From assembly GCF_006345805.1 (NCBI RefSeq), contig NC_043007.1:60078001-60142000 (forward strand): a stretch of 64,000 bases of DNA, given 5' to 3'. The translations under genes and the position numbers were made by a program. Below are positions 25,337 through 40,324 of this stretch, one piece after another. Each line of letters opens with the position of its first letter. The first letter of the stretch is position 1. This DNA is from Octopus sinensis. Its lineage: Eukaryota. The notes beneath the pieces were generated by a model. It saw only the letters and a list, made by a program, of their open reading frames with translations. It made no database searches and was not told the origin of the DNA.

Positions 25337-27070
25337 CTATGTAAGTATGTTGGAATGGTTAAGTTTGGGCTTGTATTTTTCAATGAAGAATGTTTCTTTG
25401 TTTAGTCTAATTTGTGTTGGTGTTCCAATTGCACATTGGTAAAATGGAAAGATTAAAAATTGTGGTAGTAGTTGCTTTGCGCATTTCTCAATGTGTTCAC
25501 TAAAGGGTATCATTCTGTATTCTGGGAATGCAATCTGTTGTCGATGCAGTGTGCATCTACGTCTGAGTGATAGTCCCGTGGACCCCACGTAGTCTTGGTG
25601 GCAGCCCGAGCATTTTATGACATAAATTATGTTTTCAGAGGCACAAGTAAAATTAGATTTGATCTTGAATTTCTGTCCCTCTTTGAAGAGGAATTCTGAT
25701 CCTTCTAGCAGGTTTGGACATGTTGCACAGTTCGGTCTACCACATTTTTTTACTCTTGCATCCGTAATTTCAGAAAACAATTTTGCCTTTGTGAGAATCT
25801 TTTTAAGTGATTTAGGTTGTTTGTAGCTTTTAATGATTTGGTGTATGTTTAGAATTTCCTTTAATTTGGGGTCCTTATGAAGTATTGGTAAATTCTGGGT
25901 GATGATGGTGAAGGCTTCTTTGTTTCTGGGGTTGTATGTGGATATGTAAGGTAGTATTTTCGGGGAAGGTGTGTTGTTGTGTTGAACTTTTCTCAAAGTT
26001 TCTATGTTGATTTCTGTTGCACGTCTGATCCCATCCTCTATGAGTTGAGCTGGGTAATGTCTGTCAATTAGGGTGTTTTTGAGCTCTTGCAGTCTAAAGT
26101 TCCTGGTATTTTGTTCTGACACTATTGTGCATATCCTTCTTGCAAGGTTGAAGGGGATGTTTGTTTTAGTGTGTCTTGGGTGGCATGAATCAAAAAGAAG
26201 GTATTGTTTGGCGTCTGTGGCTTTGTAAAAAATGTCTGTTTCTATTTTAAGGTTAATTTTTTTAATTAGTATATCCAAGAATGGGAGCTCCTTTTTGTTG
26301 TATTCCATTGTGAACTGTATATTTGGGTTTATGCTGTTCAATAGGTTTTTAAATTTTAGGAGTTTATCTGTGTTTTCATTCCAGAGTATAAAACAATCGT
26401 CCAGAAATCGTTTCCAATTCTCTTTTATGTATTGAGAGAGGGGGTTTCCAAAGATTGATAAAGATTCCTGGTAAATGATTATTTCCAGGTAGCCCATTGT
26501 TAGGTTCGCAATGACTGGTGCTGCCCTTGTACCCATAGCAATTCCGGATTTTTGACGGTAAAATGTATTGTCAAACATGAAGTGGTTATTATGTAGGATG
26601 AATTCAATTGATTTAGTAATGAATTCTTTACTGATCCTTTTTGGTATTTCTTCCGGAAATTGGTCCAGCCAGAACTGTATTGCCTCTAGTCCATAATTAT
26701 GAGGCATACTGGTATATAAGTTAACTACATCAAATGAAACCATGATTGTTTCTTCCTTGGCTTTTTTTGGAAGGTGGTTTAACATATCTAAGTCATCTCT
26801 GATATGGCTATCGATATGTTTAAGGAAGGGTTTCAAGAGGATGTCCATAAATAGACTTAGTCTGTGTGTTTCACAGGTTGGGCCAGCTACAATGGGTCGT
26901 AGTTTTATAACAGAATTTTGCAGAAAATTAAGACTAGCAGAAGCATCAACCAGTTTCAATATTGAAGATGAATCACTAGTCAAAGTGAACACATCCCCCA
27001 CAGAGGAAGAAATAAAGATCTTGACGAATTCTGTAACCACATTAAGAACTTTCCCTACCATACTATACAT
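25337..27070 (-). CDS. Penelope-type reverse transcriptase + GIY-YIG endonuclease (true homology begins about 26910)
   Basis: 577-aa open frame with KLRPIVAG, SFDVVNLYTSMP, GIAMGTRAAPVIANL, RFLDDCF, DIFYKATD and IIYVIKCSGCHQDYVGST. The first ~55 aa are fortuitous antisense of the inverted segment. Confidence 0.9.
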   Translation of the reverse strand: MYSMVGKVLNVVTEFVKIFISSSVGDVFTLTSDSSSILKLVDASASLNFLQNSVIKLRPIVAGPTCETHRLSLFMDILLKPFLKHIDSHIRDDLDMLNHLPKKAKEETIMVSFDVVNLYTSMPHNYGLEAIQFWLDQFPEEIPKRISKEFITKSIEFILHNNHFMFDNTFYRQKSGIAMGTRAAPVIANLTMGYLEIIIYQESLSIFGNPLSQYIKENWKRFLDDCFILWNENTDKLLKFKNLLNSINPNIQFTMEYNKKELPFLDILIKKINLKIETDIFYKATDAKQYLLFDSCHPRHTKTNIPFNLARRICTIVSEQNTRNFRLQELKNTLIDRHYPAQLIEDGIRRATEINIETLRKVQHNNTPSPKILPYISTYNPRNKEAFTIITQNLPILHKDPKLKEILNIHQIIKSYKQPKSLKKILTKAKLFSEITDARVKKCGRPNCATCPNLLEGSEFLFKEGQKFKIKSNFTCASENIIYVIKCSGCHQDYVGSTGLSLRRRCTLHRQQIAFPEYRMIPFSEHIEKCAKQLLPQFLIFPFYQCAIGTPTQIRLNKETFFIEKYKPKLNHSNILT

Positions 27071-27225
27071 AAACAGACAGTTAACTCAAATTTTAACACT
27101 ACACAATGGAAGGAACTGATAGAACTTCAAAATGATGAAGATATAACCATTAAGGAAGCAGACAAGGGAAGTGCAGTTGTAATAATGGATACATCATACT
27201 ATAGAAATCTTGTAATTTCCCTTCT
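26905..27225 (+). pseudogene. Inverted N-terminal segment of a Penelope ORF
   Basis: Plus frames ITEFCRKLRL... then RGRNKDLDEFCNHIK...ITIKEADKGSAVVIMDTSYY (PLE KADKG motif). Confidence 0.85.
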
Positions 27226-27390
27226 CTGGATCTTTCCTTCTCCTATGTTTCCGACGAAGAGCTCCGCTCGAAACGTTAAACCATCCTTCTTCCATTCCTT
27301 CCTGAGCGTCCAATAATATTATATTTGTTCCATGTCCACGCGTTGTTGTGTTTTCTTTTTGTGTTTTCATGTTTGGATTAACTATATATA
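27226..27390 (+). mobile_element. PLE-type 3' tail with hammerhead-like core remnant
   Basis: CCGACGAAGAGCTCCGCTCGAAAC at about 27251-27274; similar tails at 41200-41390 and 59750-59930. Confidence 0.55.
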
Positions 27391-27635
27391 TATATATATA
27401 TATATGCGTGTTTGTTGTTTGTGTGTGTGCGCGCGCATTCTGTATAACCTGTCTCCATATGTTTCGTTCGTTTGTATGGTATTATGTGAGAGAGAATGTG
27501 CCCGTATGAGTGTATTCGAGCTTCTGTATATGATACAATTTTACCGAACCTTCATTTTTTTTATATACTGGACCACTGGCGTGAAATTGATGTTATTTAA
27601 ATTAATATCAAATTTCTCACCCACATTTTAAATTA

Positions 27636-27666
<31 letters not shown>

Positions 27667-28347
27667 CATACATACATACATACATACATACATACATACA
27701 TACATACATACATACAAATGTACATATGTGTGCATAAACATACAGACACAATACATGCATGCAGATATAGATATATATATATATATACTTACATATATTG
27801 CGTTATGCAATCAATTGTTAATGTATTAGCCATAGACAGCTTCGTGCATCACTTAGAACAACGACCTGATTCGCTAGAACTCAAAAATATTGTTACTTCT
27901 TCGTAGAAGGCGGGATTATCATTAAAACCCATCCACAATGACACAATGGCTGTCACAATGGAAATTACCGATACTTAAACTTTCTTCTGTAAAGAGGGAA
28001 GATAACTGTAAGAGACAGTGAACCTGATGATTGCATTACGTAATCATTAGATGATGTGCGAAAGAGACTGTAGCTCATAAAGTATGAATTGATTCTGTTA
28101 CTTAATGAATCTCTATCGATTTTTATTTAGTGCTCTCGTTTCTTATATTTGTGACGTACATTAACTGCTTATATATATATCAGGAGTAAAGATTATTTGC
28201 CAACATAACATGGTAGTCCTGGTTTAGGACGAATGTTGCTGTAGTTTAGCCCCAGGTGTCATCATCTCCAGCTAGCTATTCGACACGATCTGTGCCCTTA
28301 TATTTTCGAACAAGGGAATCTAGCACCCCAACTCAACTCAAAACAAT

Positions 28348-28488
<141 letters not shown>

Positions 28489-28996
28489 CAGTTTCAAAAA
28501 TTAAAAAGGAACATGGCAAAGAACGAACAGAAAATTCACACACAAGACATGAATATGCTCTCTCCTCGTCAGTTATAATCTAGGAAAATCATTACAACTT
28601 CGCGCCTTTAACGATATGTTCATATTTGGGTGGGTGTGGGGGGTAAATATATGCATGCATACATACATACGTATGTATTTATGCATATATCTTTGAACCG
28701 GTGTGGTGAATCTCGATATAGCTATAGATAACAGCGGGTAAATATTAGGATAAAAACTATTTGGATAGAAAAAGTCGAATGTTCTCAGTGGAACTCGAAC
28801 CCACATCTGGTGTTAACATGACAGGCATTCTACTATAGTACCAAAGTAATCCTTAGATTTTACACGCTATTATTTAAAGCTACATCTACTCCGATATTCA
28901 CCATTCCAAAAACACAAAGAAAAAAATATTTCACGCTCTTGAACTTTCTACATTCTTATGATGTTAGTATATATGTGTGCTTGTATGTGTGTTTGT

Positions 28997-29059
<63 letters not shown>

Positions 29060-30191
29060 TAGTTATGTAAGAAGGTAGCTCCTCTGACCCGTCACAAAGC
29101 CTCCGCAACTGGAGACAGAGACGAATGTATCTTCAAGCTGGAAACCTGGCCCGAATATTGGAACAGAGTGAATTCCGCTAAAACATCCATGTTGCTCGGT
29201 AGTGTTTAACTGTACGACAGATTAATCTACAAACGATGCCAGTTAGTGTAGGATTTGAATTCAGAACACAACGGGACCGGATCAAAGACCGCAAGGTCCG
29301 AAATTTTTACGGTTCTACCAATCACCCGCCTTGGATTGGAACCTTTTTCATGACGTCTGACAGATGAATGGTATAGTTGACTTCGATGGTATTCGAACTC
29401 AGAGTGCAGGGAGTCGGAACAAATGACGCGAAGCATTGTATCCGACGCCCTAATGATTCTGCCATTTCTCCATATGTGTCTGTATATATACACGCACACG
29501 CACGCATGCACACATACACATATTTATATACATACATATACATATATACACACACGCACACATATACATTCATAAACGTACATACACTCACAGATACCAT
29601 AAAATTCTTATGTACAAGTCACGCTGTCCAATACGTGTATGCACATTTATTCATGGATAAATAATTCATGTACTTAAGCATGTTCTGTGTACTAGGCGTA
29701 TTCTTAATAAATATTCAACAGCATTTATTATACATAAATAAATCGATTCTAGCTACTCGAGAAATGGACGAAAGAAATATACAGACAGTTTCCACTAGTT
29801 TTATTTTCTTATTTTACTTTATTTTTTCTTCTCAATAAATTGAAGATGTTTCCCCTTCTCTACATACATAAACCACCATCACCGCCACCACCAGCAGCAA
29901 CAACAGTGATAACCTTTTTTTCCATTATTGAGTTATGCATTCAAAATGATTTTTTTTCTCTTTGGTTCTTATTTTTGATGAATCGACTTTAATTTAAGAA
30001 CAGTTTAGTTAAATGCACTGTTTTGTTTGTATGAGTATGTGGATGTTTGTGTGTGTGTACATATATATAGGTAACGTGATGCAAACAGGTAAAATAGAGC
30101 TCAAAGTATGAGTATATGTGGGTATATGTATATTTTTATCGATATTTAGCAGAAGCAACAGAGTGACTCAATGCAAAATATTAATAAAAAA

Positions 30192-31982
<1,791 letters not shown>

Positions 31983-32311
31983 TAAAGATGATTGATTAAG
32001 ATCGGGATATAGCAATGTGAAACACACTACGGCTATACGGTAAAACATATCAACAGATAAACAATCCAGAAAGTCCGCTGGTGTTTCATAATCCGCAAGT
32101 CTAAGAGTGTCGAAAGCTACAGAGAACTTAAGCGTGATGTAAAATTGCATAAAATGCAAAAGAATGTATTATACGATATCGCTCCAATAAATTCATTAAG
32201 AGATTTTATTGCATTGTAACATCGTAGAGGCAAGTATGTATGATGTGCAATATCTATAAGATACTGCAAAACAACAGAGGTTCTGGAGGAATGTACAAGC
32301 GCATGTGCGTC

Positions 32312-32367
<56 letters not shown>

Positions 32368-32573
32368 GAGAGAGAGCAGGAGAGGGGGGAGAGAGAGATG
32401 AAGGTTGATTGAGTTTGGTGAAAAGCAAACAGAATGCTAGAGACGGGATATTTATTAGCGATTTGTGAACCAAGACTGCAGCTCCGGTTCAAAACACACA
32501 CATATGCACGCACGTATACACGCGCGCACACATACACACACATGCACACGCACGCACACACACACACACACAG

Positions 32574-32609
<36 letters not shown>

Positions 32610-32850
32610 GCATTATTATCTAGCATAAATCTAAGCATAAACTGTACAAGTGTTAAGAATATCTGTATTAAATGTCCTTCAAAAACTTGGAGTAAAGCCG
32701 AATGTTGCACAACTTCATAACATCGAAGAAATCAAGCTAACAAACAACCAAGCAACGAAGCTAATAAGCAAACACACTCAGCCATTGAGTTTCGGTTGAT
32801 CTCAAACAAAGCGTTTTCATTTTCGCTTTTTGTTATTTCTTCTTACATTG

Positions 32851-33036
32851 TTTTCAAATTTTGGCACAGAATCAGCAATTTGGGGAGAAGGGTTGACTGG
32901 TACTTATTTTATCGGCCTCGAATGGATGAAATACAAAGTCGACCTCGGCGGAATTTGAACTCGGAAAGTAAAGACGAACAAAATGCCGCTAAGTATTTTG
33001 CCCGGTGCAGTAACAATTCTGCCAACTCGCCGCCTT
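32851..33036 (-). mobile_element. SINE family B
   Basis: Reverse complement of the family B head and core. Confidence 0.85.
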
Positions 33037-33399
33037 CTTTTTAAAAGTGGTCGGCAAACCTCTACAGAGAATTGAACCTTATACCTCTCAAATTTTGGCT
33101 GGGTGCTCTGTATCATTAAACTAAGAGATCCCTGACTCTTTTTACTTATATTATTAATGTTACATTAGTGTTTGTGCACTAGAAAAATTTATAAGGGTTG
33201 AGAACAGAACCCTACCAAAAAGAATGATTCAAGCCGAGTCTATAGAAACTGACAGCTGAAATGACACCAAGATGCCACGCAGTGCGACCGAACCTAGGAC
33301 CTTGTGGTTATGAAGCAAATTTTTTATCCATTCAAACAATGTACATATAAGTCACGGACATTACTGCTTCGTGTTCCAGAACTCCCAAAGCCAGTTACT

Positions 33400-33610
33400 C
33401 TTTTTTTTACTCTTTTATTTGTTTCAGTCACTTGAATGCGGCCACGCAGGAGCACCGCCTTTAGTCGAACAAATCGACCCTAGGAATCATTCTTTGTAAG
33501 TCCTAGTACTTATTCTATCGGTTTCTTTTGCCGAACCGCTAAGTTGCGGGAACATAAATACACCAGCATCGGTTGTCAAGCAATGGTGGGGAGACAAACA
33601 GACACACAAA
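33400..33610 (-). mobile_element. SINE family A, 3' half
   Basis: Reverse complement of 8400-8590. Confidence 0.8.
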
Positions 33611-33630
33611 CATATACATACATACATACA

Positions 33631-33668
<38 letters not shown>

Positions 33669-33797
33669 ATATATATATATAATATATATAATATATATAT
33701 ATATATATATTAACAATTGAGGGTAAAATTAATTAATTAATCAATTTCACCAAGTGTTCAGTATGTAAAAGGACCATTTAAGGCGAATTCAAAATAT

Positions 33798-34370
33798 TAC
33801 ATTATATAATTAGGGCTTAGTAAAATAAATTACTTTGCCACATACTGAACTTAGTAGAAATAGCAGCCAAAAAAAATTTTCTTAGCATTTTACTACTTAA
33901 AGAAAATTTCTCTCAGATAATGTTTACTCTAGACAGCTCACGAAGGTTTGGGGGTAAATACAGAAAAATATCACAAGTACATAGATCGTTTGAGTACGTC
34001 AACGTTTCAAGATTAGCCAAATAAAATCAGCATTTCTTTCGTCAGCTCAAAATTTCTTAATTTGGATTTGGAAACACTAAAAAGAAGGAACTTTACCTAT
34101 CAGCGACTTGTCGCTTCAGATGAACCACTCCAACTAACAGTGTCAACAAATTCAAAATGCGCAGGCGTAAAATTCTGCACTCCCCATTCTGTATTTACTG
34201 ATTTTTCTGTATTTACCCCCAAACCTTCGTGAGCTGTCTAGAGTAAACATTATCTGAGAGAAATTCTTTAAGTAGTAGAAATGCTAAGAAACTTTCTTTT
34301 GGCTGCTATTTCTACTAAGTTCAGTATGTGGCAAAGTAATTTATTTTACTAAGCCCTAATATATAATGTA
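33798..34370. repeat. ~170-bp inverted repeat (33798-33969 / 34201-34370), probably a PLE terminal repeat with inverted partial copy
   Basis: Arms align by eye with few mismatches; the spacer carries a hammerhead ribozyme. Confidence 0.85.
33989..34051 (-). ncRNA. Type I hammerhead ribozyme, apparently intact
   Basis: TTTGAG-CTGACGA-AAGA(loop)TCTT-GAAAC-G-TTGA-C-GTA-CTCAAA: full CUGANGA/GAAA core, 6-bp stem I, 4-bp stem II base, ACG/CGT stem III, GUA cleavage triplet. Confidence 0.8.
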
Positions 34371-34690
34371 TTATATATAGATATCATATAATATTATATA
34401 TTATATATACGACGGGCTTCTTAAGTTCCGTCTACCGAATCCACTGAGAAGGCTTTGGTCGGCCCGTGAGCTGTCTAGAGTAAACATTTAGCCCACAGTC
34501 AATCTGACTGAAGGTAGGACTAAGCAGCAAAATTGGTATGACAGGATCAGTCATTATAATTAAGGTCAACTGTTAGGGATACTCGCTCATCGAGGGCTTT
34601 TGGTGATCCTGATCCAACCAATGTGGTGGTTCCTACCTATTTGAGGTACCCCTCTTCGTTCTCTATCACCTCATATTTGTACATATTTGT

Positions 34691-34735
<45 letters not shown>

Positions 34736-34989
34736 ATTGGTATATTCCTATTAAGTTTTCTCTTCTTCCCTGTCTACATGTACATCGCATCATGCTTTAT
34801 TTGAAATAGTTTTCTCAGAAATGTTTTGTATTTCTTGTTACAAGCCCCTTTGGCCAATATAAATATCATAAGCATTATTACTGTTGTTGTTGTTTAACGC
34901 CGAAGTTGAAAGTTTTTGGAAGTTCCATGAGTTTGTGCCCTGTTTTCCTTTTTAGAAACTGGTTTTTGTTGAGAGAAAGGTGGGATGTT

Positions 34990-36170
34990 ATACGGTGATA
35001 TCGTTTTTTGCAGTCATCTGTTACCACATAATACTACAGACATAGCAGCAATCAAAAATAGCATAGCAGTATCAGTGACAACAGTAACAGTAACAGTAGT
35101 AGCAAAAACAAAAACAGCGGCAGCAGCAAGAATATTGACAAGTCAACCGAAAAAGCTCGCAAAATCACCAGCAGTAGCAAACAGAGTATTGACACCACTA
35201 CTAACACTATCAATGCCCCAATAAGAAACGAAAACGACGATAGTAACAGCAGCAGCAGCAACGACAACACAGAAAAAGTATTTATTTTGCCAATACCCCA
35301 ATCGTGTTCGATTTCATCTCACTAGACAATAAATATGAATATTTAGAAGAGGGGGAAAAAACATATCAAACCTCTAGAACAGAGAAAACTATGCACAACA
35401 TACTGCAATATCTCTTAGATGAAACGGAAAAGAAAACAATTTTGTGTAGATGCTTGTCAACAAAAAGATACATATATTAGAGCGTATAACTTCAGACCAA
35501 GCTGAAATCTGTTGAAGGAACATAAGCACTAGCGTAGTTAGAATGTGTGCCGCCCGGGGTGGCCTTTCCGTTTGCCGCCCCCGGACCCCACAAAAATCAC
35601 ATATTGCCTACAGCAGACTCAAAAGTGCTGCCCATTTAAAAGTGCTGCACCTACCGCCAATCCACTCCTTAGCTACGCGAGTGAACATATGGCAAGGTGT
35701 CAATTTTTGTGCCCGCAATTTCGAATACATACAAGTTATTTTCCACTCGGAAAACTTAGCTCAGAAGTATTTTATCGTCTCACCAAGAACTGAAGATTTT
35801 ACATAGATACTGATTTAATTGGGACAGAGAGTGATCCGAGGAAAAGTCTCAAACATACAACAAACTGGTGGGTGGCGAAATGTGTGGTTTTGCAAGACCT
35901 TAGCACGCTGCTAGAAATAAAAGTATCCCAAATTGAAAATTGGATTGTAATGGAATTGAAGGTTTTGATACAGGTAAAACCTGGGACACTAGACAAGATC
36001 CCCGACCTATTTGAAATCCCAGATCCCAGGAGGGAAAAAACTTCGAGTGATTATGAAAGACTGAAAGCCTCATTGCTACAACTGCGGAAACACTAATCAC
36101 GACGTCAAGACTTTCTGACCCAAACAACGACAGAAAATAACAGGTAAAAGGCTACCACTGCTGTTTTTTG
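34990..36170 (+). mobile_element. Zinc-knuckle ORF1-like retroelement fragment (same family as 1-1510), interrupted at about 35540-35730
   Basis: Frames TNWWVAKCVVLQDLSTLLEIKVSQIENWIVMELKVLIQVKPGTLDKIP and KPHCYNCGNTNHDVKTF* parallel IWWVVAYVVLENSDTRLDIKKYRKENWSGIGLETLILLKSDTLDENP...SRCHRCE*NSHLKAFC at 910-647. Confidence 0.7.
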
Positions 36171-36519
36171 TGTAGAATCAAAATCTTCTATGTTTAAAGA
36201 TAATACTTTCAGAAAAGAAATAGAATATGAAAAAGTTACCGCCAGTTACGTGCTTTGAAACTGAAAGAGTACAAAAGTACATAAGCAATTGTACCTTTGA
36301 AAAGCTTTTAATTTGTATAATTGTAATCTCTGGTGTTTAAAACGCAGAAATCCGGGGAAAAAGTTTTAAAAATCATATAAAACATAGAGGTTTCTTTATA
36401 AAATATACAAATGAAGTAAAAAATGGGGAGAGTTTATTCGAAACTTAACCAAACATTATTCGAGAACCTGACGTACCAAGCTTGTATCATTGTACCAATG
36501 TATAGTGTCTAAGTTTTGC

Positions 36520-37716
<1,197 letters not shown>

Positions 37717-37742
37717 ATATATATATATATATAATATATATA

Positions 37743-37802
<60 letters not shown>

Positions 37803-37855
37803 TTTGATGCACCAGAACATTGTATGGTGTTATCCATATAAATCCATGGGGTGAT

Positions 37856-38764
37856 TATAATCAAAATAAGCAACAAGAATATCTCCGGTAATTTGGTACG
37901 ATCGTTTCACGCTACATCATTTTATTAAATATTGTAAATATTACAACAGCCTTAAACTGTTGAGCAGTCATCAGCCAGTAATAGAGGTTTCCCATTAATA
38001 CATAATTTTCAAATTAATTGATAACATTATAGAGAAGGTAGATATATAGACAAAGATGTTGATTTGAATTTTAAGAACATTGAGGTAGTAGAGCTTATCT
38101 TATGACTGAAGAGTTCTCTAAGATATTTTGAACTGCTAGAAGGTTGCGATGCACATTCAGTTGAAGGAGACAAAAAGGGTTTTCTATTTATAGAAATGGG
38201 GTTAAGTAAATGTCAGAAATTATTCATTAAGAAATAAAAGTGGTAAGGGAGTTATAATGCCCCAGGAGCAACAAGAACTACTATTTGGCAAACAGATCTT
38301 GTATCAAGAAAACTAGGTCAATGTCAAATGGTTATAATGACCACCTATATACCCAAGAAAAAGTTAATGAGAATTACAGAGATTCCTATACTCCCACACA
38401 CATCAGCTCCACATTTATCTGGTAGGTGTTGATTATATTGATACGTTGGATTAAAGTAGAAATTACAAATCTAATATTTATTCATTTTGGAGAAAAAATC
38501 TATCATTTAATGTGAGTAGGCATATTACTTAATAACTCAATGTTCTTAAAATTCAAATCAACATCTTTGTCTATATATCTACCTTCTCTATAATGTTATC
38601 AATTAATATGAAAATTATGTATTAATGGGAAACCTCTATTAATGGCTGATGACTGCTCAACATTTTAAAACTGTTGTAATATTTACAATATTTAATAAAA
38701 TGATGTAGCATGAAACGACCGTACCAAATTACCGGAGATATTCTTGTTGCTTATTTTGATTATA
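37856..38764. repeat. 229-bp inverted repeat (37856-38084 / 38536-38764), PLE terminal-repeat-like
   Basis: Arms align by eye with several mismatches; each contains CTGATGA...GAAACGA(T/C)CGTA. Confidence 0.85.
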
Positions 38765-39139
38765 CATATATATATAAAATTTAATTCGTCCTTAGTCGAA
38801 AGACACCTGTTGTTATGTCCTGTTATTATTTGTGTAACATTGTCCGTTTTTTCCATCCTTGTTTTTGTATACATTGGCTGCTTTCTTCCAAGGAATCTAA
38901 TGCTCTTAGCTTAGTTTTTCCTTGGGGATGGCCAGATTGGAGCAATCTCAAGTATAATCAGCCGGAATTGCGAAGATAATCTGGTACTTGACTGAGGAAA
39001 GAAAACTTCGGATGACCCGTCGTTGTTTTCTTTGTATTGTCTATCTGGATGTTCTGTTGCCCCATTTTTCTATCACCTAACTGCCTGGATGTTTTGTGTT
39101 CTTGTCCCATTTTGTATTTTATATATATACATATATATA

Positions 39140-39156
39140 TATATGTGTGTGTGTGT

Positions 39157-39226
<70 letters not shown>
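39140..39226. repeat. (GT)n microsatellite
   Basis: Directly visible. Confidence 0.95.
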
Positions 39227-39229
<3 letters not shown>

Positions 39230-40324
39230 GAAGAAATAAATGAATTAGTTATCATCGTCTGAACAGTATGTTCTGACACAGCATTCGAATTTTTAAAATT
39301 CTTCAATTTCTTATGTTGCTTAAAACTTTAAGATTTAAATAACTCTTTTATAAATCCTTTTGGATTAACTCTGATAAGAGAAATGTAGATGATTGTTATA
39401 CTTGGAATTAACTCGCCCATACGAGCCTATATTCTCTCGAAATGGCCGTTAGGCTTTGCACCTGCTAAAGATTCTTTTTAAAATCATTTTATACCAACTT
39501 TCTCATCTATTTGGATTACCACTATACATTCACCATGTGTTACGGACATACTACCTCGCAAGTACATTTCTGTATTTATATATTTATACATTTTTTATAT
39601 TATATCATGTATATATGAATGTATCTGTGTATGCTGTAGAATATTCCGATGCTTTGAAATATATTGAATGAATATGAAAACTGACCTTTGAAATTTGTTC
39701 TCTCTTTCTTAGTTGTGTGTGTGTGTGTAAAATCGTTGAATTAGATTCGTCCTTTAATTTGGTGGTTCCAAAAACAGATTTCTAATATATATTCTTCATA
39801 TTTTGCTGGTAGTTTACAGGCGTAAATTTTCGAATCTGAAAATAATACTTGTATATGATGTGCTGTGAATTAATGGAAAGAAATCCCATAAAACTCAACA
39901 ATTTAGTTAACAATGGAGAAGTGAAGTTAAAATATAAGAGAATTTTAATTCATGGAGATGATCATTTCGTACAGAGATATAAAAATAATGCAAATTCATG
40001 GTTGAATAGAATTAATCAAATTAATTAGATTAAATTAAATTAATTATATATCACTGTACTCTTCAGTGCAAGAAGTAAAAAGTTTTGTTTATACTTCTGG
40101 AAAGAAAGAAGGAAAAAGAAGCACAAAATTTCATAATTCAACTTTCCGAAGTTATAGAAACCAGAACATGAGCCCTTAGGTGCATATATCCTGCATATAT
40201 CCATATGGGTTAAAATCCTGATATAGTAGACATCCCCCCCCCCAAAAAAAAAACGTTCAATATCAGGATGGTAGCAGAGGTGGCTATTAATTGGTAAAAG
40301 TAAAGAAATATATATAGCAATATC

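Larger units (their letters stand above)
25060..27225 (-). mobile_element. Penelope-like retroelement, 5'-inverted insertion
   Basis: RT+GIY-YIG ORF, 3' UTR with minimal hammerhead-like motif, inverted N-terminal segment at 26905-27225. Confidence 0.9.

Noticed and set aside
26911-27070. N-terminal ~55 aa of the 577-aa ORF as real protein
   Set aside because: It is the antisense of the inverted PLE segment, which encodes recognisable PLE motifs on the plus strand.
38988-39020. CTGAGGA-AAG/CTT hammerhead-like half
   Set aside because: The GAAA box is replaced by GGAT, so it cannot be supported as a ribozyme.
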